A stretch of 64,000 nt of DNA from Chthoniobacteraceae bacterium. Its GTDB lineage: Bacteria > Verrucomicrobiota > Verrucomicrobiia > Chthoniobacterales > Chthoniobacteraceae. The DNA lies in the NCBI GenBank assembly GCA_031409335.1, contig JANNWY010000195.1, forward strand, positions 1 through 64,000, written 5' to 3'. Position 1 is the stretch's first letter. Every line of letters starts with the position of its first letter. The notes under the pieces were generated by a model. It made no database searches. It was not told the DNA's origin and saw nothing but the letters and a program-made list of their open reading frames with translations. The position numbers and the translations under genes are program-made. Positions 9,458 through 18,551 of this stretch are shown piece after piece.

Positions 9458-10788
9458 TGCGGGTTGGATTTGAGGTCTTGAACGAGGGTGCGGAAGAGGC
9501 TGCCGCGCTCGGCGTAGTTTTTGAACATGTCGAAGGAAGAGGTGCCGGGGCTGAACAGGACGACGTCGCCGGGCTGCGCCTGCTCGCGCGCAAATTGCAC
9601 GGCGCGTTCCAGCGAGCGGCCCGCGTTGCGGACCGGCAGGCGGTCTTTCCAGAGCGCCTCGATCCGGTCGGCCATCTCGCCGAGCGTCACGACGGCGCGG
9701 CATTTTTTCGCGACGAGTTCCGTCAGCATTTCGTACTCGAAACCTTTGTCCTTGCCGCCCGCGATCAGGACGACCGGGCGGGTTTCGGAAAGCAGCGCCT
9801 TCTCGACGGAATCGGGATTCGTGCCCTTGGAATCGTTGATCCACTCGACGCCATCGAGCACGCGCACGGGTTCGCAGCGATGGGGAAGCGCCGTGTATTC
9901 GCAGAGCGGCGCGCGCATCGCGTCGAAGCCGAGTCCCTGCACGAACCCGACGCCGAGCGCGGCCATCAGGTTTTCGGCGTTGTGCGCGCCGCGCAGTTTC
10001 GCGTCTTTCATCGCCAGCACCGGCTCGCCACCGAAGTGAATGACGCCATCGCGCAAATCGAAATCCGCGCCGCTCGTGAACGCGCTGAACGTCACCTTCC
10101 GCGCCTTCAACTCCGGCAGCTTGTCGCGGAAATTCACGACCGCCCAATCGTCGGCGCATTGATTTTCGAAGATGCGAATCTTCGCCCGGTAGTACTCGTC
10201 CATCGACGGGTAGCGATCGAGATGATCGGCTGCGAAACCAAGCCAGACCGCGATCTGCGGGCGGAAGCGGCGGATCGTTTCGAGTTGAAACGAGCTGAGT
10301 TCGAGCGTCATCACATCGAGCCGCGCGCTCTCCTGCACGCGCGCGGAAAACGCCGGGCCGATGTTTCCGGCAGCGAGCGTTTTTACGCCGCACGCATTGA
10401 GCATCCGCTCGACGAGTTGCGTGCAGGTGGTCTTCCCGTTCGTCCCGGTTATGCCCACGATCGGGCACTTGCACCATTCATACGCGAACTCGAGTTCGCC
10501 GATCATCGCGATGCGTTTGCGGATGAAATTTTGCACGAGCGGAGCTGCCGGATCGATGCCGGGACTGAGCACGGCGAGATCGAACGGGTCGGGCTCGCAT
10601 TCGGCGGCGAGTCCGGCGATGACGCTGATCCCGTGCGGGCGGAGCGCGTCGATTTTTTTGCGGAGTTTATTTTCCTCCGCGGTGTCAAAAATGGTCACAA
10701 GCGCTCCCTCCTTCGCAAGCAGGAGCGCGGCGGCTTCACCGCTTTCTCCAGCTCCGAGCACTGCGATTTTCTTGTTGGCGTAGGACAC
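9454..10788 (-). CDS. murD: UDP-N-acetylmuramoyl-L-alanine--D-glutamate ligase
   Basis: IAVLGAGESG, SPGID, GITGTNGKTT, ELSSFQL, HLDRY, NDSKGTN, GGKDKG and SFDMFKNYAERG. GTG start inferred just after the mraY stop. Confidence 0.96.
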   Translation of the reverse strand: MSYANKKIAVLGAGESGEAAALLLAKEGALVTIFDTAEENKLRKKIDALRPHGISVIAGLAAECEPDPFDLAVLSPGIDPAAPLVQNFIRKRIAMIGELEFAYEWCKCPIVGITGTNGKTTCTQLVERMLNACGVKTLAAGNIGPAFSARVQESARLDVMTLELSSFQLETIRRFRPQIAVWLGFAADHLDRYPSMDEYYRAKIRIFENQCADDWAVVNFRDKLPELKARKVTFSAFTSGADFDLRDGVIHFGGEPVLAMKDAKLRGAHNAENLMAALGVGFVQGLGFDAMRAPLCEYTALPHRCEPVRVLDGVEWINDSKGTNPDSVEKALLSETRPVVLIAGGKDKGFEYEMLTELVAKKCRAVVTLGEMADRIEALWKDRLPVRNAGRSLERAVQFAREQAQPGDVVLFSPGTSSFDMFKNYAERGSLFRTLVQDLKSNPQ

Positions 10789-10790
10789 AT

Positions 10791-11924
10791 TTAGCGAAGT
10801 TTGAGGGTGGCGAGCCCGAGGAAGGCGCACATGATCGAGAGGATCCAAAAGCGCGCGACGACGGTGGTTTCCTTCCAGCCGATGAGTTCGAAATGGTGAT
10901 GCAGCGGCGCCATGCGAAACACCCGCCGGCCTTCACCGTAGCGGCGTTTGGTGATCTTGAACCAGGTGCGCTGGATCAGCACCGACGTGGCTTCCGCGAC
11001 GAACACGCCGCCGACCACGACGAGCAGCAGCTCCTGTTTGCAGCAGATGGCGATGACTCCGATGGTCGCGCCGATCGCGAGCGATCCGGTGTCGCCCATG
11101 AACACTTTGGCCGGGTGGCAATTGAACCACAGAAAGCCGAACGACGCGCCGGCCATCGCCATGCACACCACCGCGAGTTCGCCCGCGAATGGGTAAAACG
11201 GGATCTGCAAATACGAGGCGATTTTCACATTGCCCGCCGCATACGCGAAGATCGCGTAGGCGAACGAAGTGCTCGCGGTGCAGCCCGCGGCGAGGCCGTC
11301 GAGACCGTCGGTGAGATTCACGGCATTCGACGAGCCGAGGATGACGAGCGCGAAAAACAGAAAGGTGAACCAGCCGAGATTTTCGATGATCGGCGCTTTG
11401 TAAAACGGCACGTAAAGCGAGCGCGCCTGCACTTCGATCGCGGGATTCAAAAGAAAATAGGCGGTGACGACTGCCGCGAGCGCGAGCTGCGCGATGATCT
11501 TGGTGCCTTCGCTGGCACCCGCCGCGTTCTTCTTTTTCACCTTCAAATAATCATCCCAAAATCCGAGCGCGCCGCACCAGACGATGACGAGGAGGATGAG
11601 CCAGACGGCGGAGTTGTTCAGTCGCGCCCACATCAGCGTCGAGACCGTGACCGCGCCGAGCAGGAGCACGCCGCCCATCGTCGGCGTGCCGGCTTTTTTG
11701 CCGTGGAGTTCGAAGAGGCGGTTCACTTCCTCCTTCGTGCGAATCGGCTGGCCGACTTTCAGCGAGATGAGTTTGCGGATCACGCGGGAGCCGAAGGCGA
11801 GCGAGAGCAGGAAGGCGGTGAGCGCCGCGCCGACGGCGCGAAACGAGATGTAGTTGAAGACGTTGAACGCTCCGAAAAAGTCGGGGCCCGGACGGTCGCT
11901 CAGGTATTGGAGATACCACATCAT
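10791..11924 (-). CDS. mraY: Phospho-N-acetylmuramoyl-pentapeptide transferase
   Basis: GTPTMGG, GFWDDYLK, NAVNLTDGLDGLA, FMGDTGSLAIG and MAPLHHHFE; the start overlaps the murF stop. Confidence 0.97.
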   Translation of the reverse strand: MMWYLQYLSDRPGPDFFGAFNVFNYISFRAVGAALTAFLLSLAFGSRVIRKLISLKVGQPIRTKEEVNRLFELHGKKAGTPTMGGVLLLGAVTVSTLMWARLNNSAVWLILLVIVWCGALGFWDDYLKVKKKNAAGASEGTKIIAQLALAAVVTAYFLLNPAIEVQARSLYVPFYKAPIIENLGWFTFLFFALVILGSSNAVNLTDGLDGLAAGCTASTSFAYAIFAYAAGNVKIASYLQIPFYPFAGELAVVCMAMAGASFGFLWFNCHPAKVFMGDTGSLAIGATIGVIAICCKQELLLVVVGGVFVAEATSVLIQRTWFKITKRRYGEGRRVFRMAPLHHHFELIGWKETTVVARFWILSIMCAFLGLATLKLR

Positions 11925-13288
11925 GGCGTCTGCATTCCCTCCACGATGCGCTCCATTTTTGCAGAGCGACTGCCTTTTACCAAAACGATGTCGCCCGGCT
12001 TTGCGACTTCGCGCAATGCCAGCACGGCCTCCGTGGCGCTGGCGGGCCGGAGCACCCGCGCCACGCCGCCGCGCGTCGCTTCCTCCGCGATGAACGAGGG
12101 TGCCGCGCCGACGTCGATGACGCAGTCGATGCCGAGTTCCGCGGCGATCTTTCCCACGCGGCGATGGCCGGGCTCGGATTCCGCGCCGAGTTCGCCCATG
12201 CGCCCGAGGACCGCGATGCGACGACCCTCGCACGGCATCGCCGCGAGGGTTTGCAGGGCGGCGCACATCGAGTCGGGGTTGGCGTTGTAGGTGTCGTCGA
12301 GGACGTGAATGCTGCCGATGATTTTTTGCTCCAGACGTCCGTGCGTGAGGCGGAGTTTGCGAAGGCCTTCCGCGCATTCTTCGAGCGACATGCCGAAAAA
12401 ACGGCCGACGGCGACGGCGAGCAGCGCGTTGCGCACCATGTGGACGCCGGGCACCGGAATCTCCGCATCGACCCCGCGATCGTCGGCGCACAGGCGGAAT
12501 TTCATTCCACTAAAATCCTGGCGCAAATCCGTCGCACGCACATCGCCCTGCTCCAGTCCGCAGAAGATCGCGTCGGCCTTGGTGCGGGCGGCGATGGCTT
12601 TAGAAAAATCATCGTCGGCATTCAGGATGACGACGCCGCTCGGCTGGAGCGCCTCGGCGAGCGCGCCCTTCTCCTGCGCGATGGCTTCGCGGCTGCCCAT
12701 GTATTCGATGTGCGCGACGCCGATGTTCGTGATGATCGCGACATCCGGCGCGGCGAGCGCGGCGAGCGGCGCGATCTCGCCGGGATGATTCATGCCGATC
12801 TCGAACACGCCGATTTGATCGCTGCTGCGCGCGTGCAGCATCGTCAGCGGGAGCCCGATGTGGTTGTTGAAATTGCCTTCGGTCTTGGTGACGCGAAAAT
12901 TTTCGCCGAGCACCGCGGCGGTAAAATCTTTGGTGCTTGTCTTGCCATTACTTCCCGTGATTGCAACGACTTGCAGCGGAAGCTGACGCCGGTAGCGCGC
13001 GGAGATTTGCTGGAGCGCATCCAGCGTGTTTGGCACACGGATTTGCGCGAATCCCGGCGGCAGACCTTCCAGCGATTCCTCGACCACGGCTCCGATCGCA
13101 CCGCGTCGCGCGGCCTCGGCGACGAAGGTGTGGCCGTCGAATTTGTCACCGCGCAGCGCGAGGAAAAGATTGGCGGCTTTGAGCGCGCGGGAGTCGGTGC
13201 AAATCGTGTCGATCGAAAACGCGGGGTCGCCGTCGAGCAGATGTCCGCCCGACCAGCGGACGATGTTGTCGAGTGCCGTGGGATCCAT
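11921..13288 (-). CDS. murF: UDP-N-acetylmuramoyl-tripeptide--D-Ala-D-Ala ligase
   Basis: TDSR, AITGSNGKTSTKD, NFNNHIGLPLT, EIGMNHPGEI, DDTYNANPDSM and VKGSR. Alternative start at 13297. Confidence 0.96.
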   Translation of the reverse strand: MDPTALDNIVRWSGGHLLDGDPAFSIDTICTDSRALKAANLFLALRGDKFDGHTFVAEAARRGAIGAVVEESLEGLPPGFAQIRVPNTLDALQQISARYRRQLPLQVVAITGSNGKTSTKDFTAAVLGENFRVTKTEGNFNNHIGLPLTMLHARSSDQIGVFEIGMNHPGEIAPLAALAAPDVAIITNIGVAHIEYMGSREAIAQEKGALAEALQPSGVVILNADDDFSKAIAARTKADAIFCGLEQGDVRATDLRQDFSGMKFRLCADDRGVDAEIPVPGVHMVRNALLAVAVGRFFGMSLEECAEGLRKLRLTHGRLEQKIIGSIHVLDDTYNANPDSMCAALQTLAAMPCEGRRIAVLGRMGELGAESEPGHRRVGKIAAELGIDCVIDVGAAPSFIAEEATRGGVARVLRPASATEAVLALREVAKPGDIVLVKGSRSAKMERIVEGMQTP

Positions 13289-13290
13289 CT

Positions 13291-14763
13291 TCACCATTCC
13301 CCCCGCTTTCCTTCGAGCGCCTGGCTCGCGATGGCTACGTCGTCGAACGGAATCGTGTGATCCGCGAATTCTTGAGTTTTTTCGTGTCCCTTCCCCGCGA
13401 TGAGCACGATGTCGCGGGGCTGCGCCATGGCGATGGCTTTGAAGATCGCCTCCTTGCGATCGACGATAGTTTCGTAGTTGCCTCGCACCATGCCGGGCTT
13501 GATATCCTCGACGATCGCGGACGGTTCCTCCTTGCGCGGATTGTCGCTCGTCACGATCGCCCAGTCGGCGAATTCATCGACGACCGCGCCCATCTTCGGG
13601 CGCTTGCCGCGATCCCTGCTGCCGCCGCAGCCAAAGACCACGATGACGCGCGCGGGATTCAAATCGCGGCACGTCTTCAGCACATTTTTCAGGGCATCGT
13701 CGCTGTGCGCGTAATCCACGAACACACGGAATTGCCGCTGGCCGGGAACGGCTTCGAGGCGGCCCGGCACGGGCGGGCTGTCGGCGAGCGCGAGCACGGC
13801 TTCACGCACGTCCACGCCGAGCGCGTGCGCTCCCGCGATGGCGGCGAGCGAGTTGTAAACGTTGAACTGCCCGATGAGCGGAAGGCGCACGAGATAGCTG
13901 CGGCCATTCGCGTCGAGCTGGTAGCTCGTGCCATTCATATCCATGCGGACGTTGCTCGCGCGAAAGTCGGCCTTTGCCCCGCAGCCGTAGCCGGTCACAG
14001 GCATCGCGCGGCCAAAGCGCGCGCTGAATTGCGCTCCGATCCGGTCGTCGATGTTGATGATTGCGCGGCCCTTTTTCTTCTGCGCCAGCAGCCCGCTGAA
14101 GAGCCGTGATTTCGTCTCCGCATAAGCCTCCATCGACTTGTGATAGTCCAGGTGATCCTGGCTGAGATTGGTGAAAATCGCCGCGTCGAATTCGACTTTG
14201 CGCACGCGCTCCTGGTCGAGTGCGTGCGAGCTGACTTCCATCGCCGCGGCCTTGCATCCCGCGGAGCGCATTTGCCAGAGCAGATCCTGGACGTCGAGCG
14301 ACTCGGGCGTGGTGCGCGTCGCGGGCAAAATGCGCTCGCCGATTTCGTAGCGCACCGTCCCGATCACGCCGCAGCGCATCATCGCGCGATCGCAGATGTG
14401 CTTGAGCAGGAAGACCGTGGTCGTTTTCCCGTTAGTGCCGGTCACGCCCGCGATTTTCAGCGCGCTGGAGGGATGCTGGTAAAAATTCGCGGCGACATCC
14501 GCGAGGGCGACGCGCGTGCTTTTCACGACGACGACGGTCGCACGCGAATGCATCTCGACGTCTTCGGAAAGCACGGCGACCGCGCCTTTCTCGACGGCCT
14601 GCGAGACGAAGATGGAGCCGTTCACCTTCTCGCCTTTCAGCGCGACGAAGAGCGAGTCGGGCTGCACGCGCCGCGAGTCGTAGCAGATCGAAGTGATCTC
14701 GCGATTGAGCGGACCATCGACCTGCAGCGTCGGCACGGAACGGAGAATGGTTTCGAGATTCAT
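13291..14763 (-). CDS. murE: UDP-N-acetylmuramoyl-dipeptide--meso-DAP ligase
   Basis: GVTGTNGKTT, RTTPES, MEVSSHAL, DHLDYH, VDYAH and AGKGHE. The DNPR motif (TSDNPRKE) indicates meso-DAP specificity. Confidence 0.97.
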   Translation of the reverse strand: MNLETILRSVPTLQVDGPLNREITSICYDSRRVQPDSLFVALKGEKVNGSIFVSQAVEKGAVAVLSEDVEMHSRATVVVVKSTRVALADVAANFYQHPSSALKIAGVTGTNGKTTTVFLLKHICDRAMMRCGVIGTVRYEIGERILPATRTTPESLDVQDLLWQMRSAGCKAAAMEVSSHALDQERVRKVEFDAAIFTNLSQDHLDYHKSMEAYAETKSRLFSGLLAQKKKGRAIINIDDRIGAQFSARFGRAMPVTGYGCGAKADFRASNVRMDMNGTSYQLDANGRSYLVRLPLIGQFNVYNSLAAIAGAHALGVDVREAVLALADSPPVPGRLEAVPGQRQFRVFVDYAHSDDALKNVLKTCRDLNPARVIVVFGCGGSRDRGKRPKMGAVVDEFADWAIVTSDNPRKEEPSAIVEDIKPGMVRGNYETIVDRKEAIFKAIAMAQPRDIVLIAGKGHEKTQEFADHTIPFDDVAIASQALEGKRGEW

Positions 14764-16592
14764 CGCCCGTTCCGCGCGTTGGAAGTGAGTTTGCCTTTCG
14801 CGCCAGCGGCACCCGGAAGGAGAATCGGCTCCGTTGGCTGAAGATTCAGGTAGCGCGCGGCCTTTTCGGCGATGCGCGAAAAGACGGGTCCGGCGACGGT
14901 GCCGCCGGTCTCGGAATCGAGTTTGGCCTGTGGTTCGTCGAGCAGGACGAGCAGGACGAATGCGGGATCCTCCGCCGGCATGTAGCCAACGAAACTCAAC
15001 ACGAATTTCTCGTGCGATGCGCGCCCGTTCTCTTCGAACTTTTGCGCAGTACCGGTCTTCCCCGCGACTTTGAACCCCGGGACACTCGCGAGCGGCGCCG
15101 TCCCTTTCGCGCGGACGACTTGCATCAGCGCCTCACGCGTCAGCGTCGCGGACCGCTGCGGAACCACCCGCCATCTGTCCTGCGGTTTGTATTCCAGCGT
15201 GTGCCCATCGACGGCGACATCGCGGACGATTTGCGGGATCATCAGCGTCCCGCCATTCGCGATCACGCACATCGCATTGGTGATCTGCAGCGGCGTCGCC
15301 GGCAGCGATTGCCCGATCGCCATCCGCGACAGCGAGAGCTTGTCCCACTTGTCCGGCGGAACGACTGAGCCGCGGATTTCAAACGGCAGATTGATGCTCG
15401 TTTTGTCGCCGAATCCGAATTTTCGCGCGGCTTCATAAAACTTTTGATCACCGAGTTGAATCGCGATTTTTGCCGTCCCGATGTTGCTCGATTTCGCGAG
15501 CACGTTGCGGACGCTCAACATTCCATGAGTCCCTGAATCACTGAGTTTATACGTCCGCCAATACCGATTCTCGCACCAGATTTCCGTGTCGAGACTGACG
15601 ATTCCTTCCGTGAGGGCCGCGGACACTGGCACGATCTTGAAGGTGGAACCGGGGTCCACCTGGTCGGTGATCGCGATGTTCCGCGTCGTGTCCGGCGCGC
15701 CCTTTTTCTGCTTTGGCACCGCGTTCGGATTGAAGTGTGGCCGATTCGCCATCGCCATGATTTCACCCGTCTTCGGGTTCATCATGATGAACGACGCTTT
15801 TTTCGGACGCGTCTGTTTCATCACGATGTCGAGTTCGTTCTCGACGATCTGTTGAAGATTCAAGTCGATCGTCAGCCGGACGTTTCCGCCATCGGTCGGA
15901 GGCTTCTCCTGGCCCCGGTAAAGCACGAGTTCGCGCCCCGTCCGGTCGCGCTCCACGTAGCGGCTCCCGTCGTGACTCGCGAGCCGGTCGTTCATCGACG
16001 CTTCGATGCCGTCCATGCCGACGCCCGCTTCATTTACAAAACCGACGACGTGACAAAGTGAAGAGCCGTTCGGGTACACGCGCACGAAATCCTGCTCATA
16101 GCGGACCGCTTCCTTGGCATACACGAGCCCGTCTTTCTTTGGAGTGGCGACGGTGTCGGCGACCAGCCGCGCGATCTCGTTTGCCTCGATCTCGGACACG
16201 CCTTTGCGCAGCACGATGTAGCGCATCGGCGACGCGCCGACGCCCTGGCCGGACTTCACTTTCCGCCCGAGCTTTGCCCGGATGACTGCGGCCTCCATCT
16301 TCAACGGGCCGGAAAGAAGCTGGGCAAGGCCGTCGTAATCTTTGATCAGCGAACCATCGGCAACGACCGTTTTTACAGGCTCATTTTGCGCCAGCGGCAC
16401 GCCATTCACATCGAGGATCGCACCGCGCCGCGCGTAGATCGGCTCGTTGTGAAGATTCTGCTTCGCCGCCCGGCCTTCGTAATGTTTGTGCCGGGTGACC
16501 TGGAGGTGGACGAGCCGGCAGGAGAGACCCGTGAAACACATCGCCAGCACGATGCCCGCCGCCAGTCCGCGTTGATTCATCGTGGTCGTCAT
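14760..16592 (-). CDS. ftsI: Class B penicillin-binding protein (PBP3/FtsI)
   Basis: N-terminal TM helix, RGAILD, and active-site motifs PGSTFK (SxxK), SSN (SxN) and KTGT; located between ftsL and murE. Confidence 0.94.
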   Translation of the reverse strand: MTTTMNQRGLAAGIVLAMCFTGLSCRLVHLQVTRHKHYEGRAAKQNLHNEPIYARRGAILDVNGVPLAQNEPVKTVVADGSLIKDYDGLAQLLSGPLKMEAAVIRAKLGRKVKSGQGVGASPMRYIVLRKGVSEIEANEIARLVADTVATPKKDGLVYAKEAVRYEQDFVRVYPNGSSLCHVVGFVNEAGVGMDGIEASMNDRLASHDGSRYVERDRTGRELVLYRGQEKPPTDGGNVRLTIDLNLQQIVENELDIVMKQTRPKKASFIMMNPKTGEIMAMANRPHFNPNAVPKQKKGAPDTTRNIAITDQVDPGSTFKIVPVSAALTEGIVSLDTEIWCENRYWRTYKLSDSGTHGMLSVRNVLAKSSNIGTAKIAIQLGDQKFYEAARKFGFGDKTSINLPFEIRGSVVPPDKWDKLSLSRMAIGQSLPATPLQITNAMCVIANGGTLMIPQIVRDVAVDGHTLEYKPQDRWRVVPQRSATLTREALMQVVRAKGTAPLASVPGFKVAGKTGTAQKFEENGRASHEKFVLSFVGYMPAEDPAFVLLVLLDEPQAKLDSETGGTVAGPVFSRIAEKAARYLNLQPTEPILLPGAAGAKGKLTSNARNGR

Positions 16593-16957
16593 CGCGCACC
16601 TTTCTCGTTTGAAACCGGACGCAGCTCCTTCGTGCCGGTCGCTTTCACGGGGATCGTCACGATCACGATTTTTTCGCCCGCGATCGGGCTGAGTTTGAAG
16701 AAACCGTTATCGAGCTTTTTTTTCAGCTCCTGCTTCGATGAGTATTTGGTGATTTTCACCTCCACTCCTTCCGTGAGGTTCCTCAGTTGCTCGGAGTCCC
16801 TTTCGAGTCTTCCGGTCTCGCCGAGCAGGCGATGCAGTTCATTCTGGCAATAAACGTAGCCGAGGCCGGTCATGAGCAGGATCGCGCCGATCGAAAAACA
16901 CAGGAGCAGCTTCAGCCCTGGCAGGGCATTGATGTGGCGGCGGCGATTCGCGGACAT
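16589..16957 (-). CDS. ftsL: FtsL-like cell division protein
   Basis: Short basic N-terminus, one TM helix and a coiled-coil segment. Assigned mainly from its canonical position between rsmH and ftsI. Confidence 0.7.
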   Translation of the reverse strand: MSANRRRHINALPGLKLLLCFSIGAILLMTGLGYVYCQNELHRLLGETGRLERDSEQLRNLTEGVEVKITKYSSKQELKKKLDNGFFKLSPIAGEKIVIVTIPVKATGTKELRPVSNEKGAR

Positions 16958-16961
16958 GGGA

Positions 16962-17972
16962 TTACAGCCTCTCGACGACGCGCAGTTTCGCGCTGCGGGA
17001 CCGCGGGTTCGCGCGCTGTTCGGCAGCGCTCGCGACGACGGGTTTGCCGGTGATTTTTCGGAAAATGCAAGCCGGGTTCGGACGCGCCTCGGGCCACTCC
17101 GGCCGATCCAGCATCGCGACGCTGTGGCTCTTGAAAAAATCCTTCACGATCCGGTCTTCCAAAGAATGGAACGTGATCACCGCGAATCGGCCGCCCGGCG
17201 CGAGACGCGCGGAAAGCTGCGCCAGCCCTTCGGCGAGGACATCGAGTTCGCGATTCACCGCGATCCGCAGCGCTTGGAAAACTTTCGTCGCGGGATGCGC
17301 GCGACTGTGCCGCGGCACGACGGACTCGACGAGTCGCGCGAGATCGAGCGTGGTCGCGAGCGGGTTTTGCATCCGCTCGCGGGTGATCCGCGCCGCGATC
17401 CTTTTCGCGGCGGGTTCTTCGCCAAACTGCCGAAAGATCCGCACAAGCTCGTCTTCACTCAGCGTATTCACCAAATCCGCCGCCGTCGTGAGCCCGCGCG
17501 CATCCATCCGCATGTCCAGCGGCCCCTCTTTCATAAAACTGAATCCGCGCTCCGCCGCATCGAGATGACGCGACGACACGCCGAGATCGAGCAGCACCCC
17601 ATCGAGCCGGGTGATGCCGAGTCCATCCAGCGCTTCAGCCGCCTCCGAAAAATTGCACCGCACGGGCACAAAACAGTCACCGAATTCCGCGAGCCGCCGG
17701 AACGCGTGATCCAGCGCCTCCGCGTCGTGATCCATCCCGATCACCGTCGCCCCGGCCGCGAGCAGCCCCGCGGCATGGCCGCCACCGCCGACGGTTCCAT
17801 CCAGGAAAACCCGCCCCGGCGCGGGCGCAAGCCGCTCGATCGTCTCGGCCAGCAAGACGGACTCGTGATATTCGTACCCGCGATTTGGCGCAGCCATGGT
17901 TTTGACGCGGAGTTTCAGCCGCGCTTTCGTGCGGCTTCTCCGTGCTCCTTGAGGTTTCGAGGTCGCGATCAT
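16962..17972 (-). CDS. rsmH: 16S rRNA m4C1402 methyltransferase
   Basis: HESVLL, DGTVGGGGHA, DLGVSS, RGFSF, PLDMRMD, FQALRIAVNREL, FHSLEDR and NPRSRSAKLR. ATG 17972 overlaps the mraZ stop; alternative start 17897. Confidence 0.97.
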   Translation of the reverse strand: MIATSKPQGARRSRTKARLKLRVKTMAAPNRGYEYHESVLLAETIERLAPAPGRVFLDGTVGGGGHAAGLLAAGATVIGMDHDAEALDHAFRRLAEFGDCFVPVRCNFSEAAEALDGLGITRLDGVLLDLGVSSRHLDAAERGFSFMKEGPLDMRMDARGLTTAADLVNTLSEDELVRIFRQFGEEPAAKRIAARITRERMQNPLATTLDLARLVESVVPRHSRAHPATKVFQALRIAVNRELDVLAEGLAQLSARLAPGGRFAVITFHSLEDRIVKDFFKSHSVAMLDRPEWPEARPNPACIFRKITGKPVVASAAEQRANPRSRSAKLRVVERL

Positions 17973-18430
17973 ATCCCGAGCGCGTCAGCGTAGTAGTTGT
18001 ACTGCGCCGCCTCTTTCGCGTGGTGTGCGGCGAACAATTCCTGGTTCCAAATCTCAAACAGATCGCAGCAACCGAGCACGCGCACGGAGCCCTTCAGTTT
18101 CAGACTCGCGCAGTATTCCTTGGGAATCATGATGCGCCCCTGCTTGTCGGTCGTCACCGCGGTGGATTTGGAGAAAAAATTCCGCATGAAAACCCGATGT
18201 GTCTTCGCGTCCATGCCGGGTTGCTGGCGGGCCTCCTCGCCAAATTTCACAAAACGATCCGGCCGCATCACGCGCAGGCAGGTGCCCTTGCTGTCCGGCA
18301 CGAGATGCAGCGTCTCGGTTTCCACGCCGGCAAGACGCCAGTCGCGCTGCACGGTCAGACGGCATTTGTCGTCCAACGTGTAGTCGCTCTGTCCTGAGAA
18401 AAGCGCGTCGGTAGTGGAAGTGGAAAGCAT
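17969..18430 (-). CDS. mraZ: Transcriptional regulator MraZ
   Basis: Two AbrB-like DxxxR motifs (LDDKCRL, DKQGRIMIP) and FEIWN; first gene of the dcw cluster. Confidence 0.9.
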   Translation of the reverse strand: MLSTSTTDALFSGQSDYTLDDKCRLTVQRDWRLAGVETETLHLVPDSKGTCLRVMRPDRFVKFGEEARQQPGMDAKTHRVFMRNFFSKSTAVTTDKQGRIMIPKEYCASLKLKGSVRVLGCCDLFEIWNQELFAAHHAKEAAQYNYYADALGI

Positions 18431-18468
18431 GGGCGTCCAGGGAGCGATTCCCGCTTTTTCCCGGAATT

Positions 18469-18545
18469 TGCCCTTTTTCACCATTTTTCTCCACTCGTGT
18501 CAAACGAGTTTGCTAAAAAAACTCGCACTTCTCCCAATCTCCACC
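18469..18545 (-). promoter_or_regulatory. Putative dcw promoter with MraZ-box-like direct repeats
   Basis: The minus strand reads TTGACA (18503-18498) followed by GTGGAG-AAAA-ATGGTG-AAAA-AGGGCA at 10-bp period, with GTGGAG/TGGGAG copies further upstream. This resembles GTGG(A/G)G MraZ boxes. The -10 element is weak. Confidence 0.55.
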
Positions 18546-18551
18546 AACGCG

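Noticed and set aside
9458..10477. 591-aa version of the LysM protein, and the long N-terminal extensions given for murC, mraY and ftsA
   Set aside because: The extensions overlap upstream genes in another frame; real starts coincide with stop/start overlaps.
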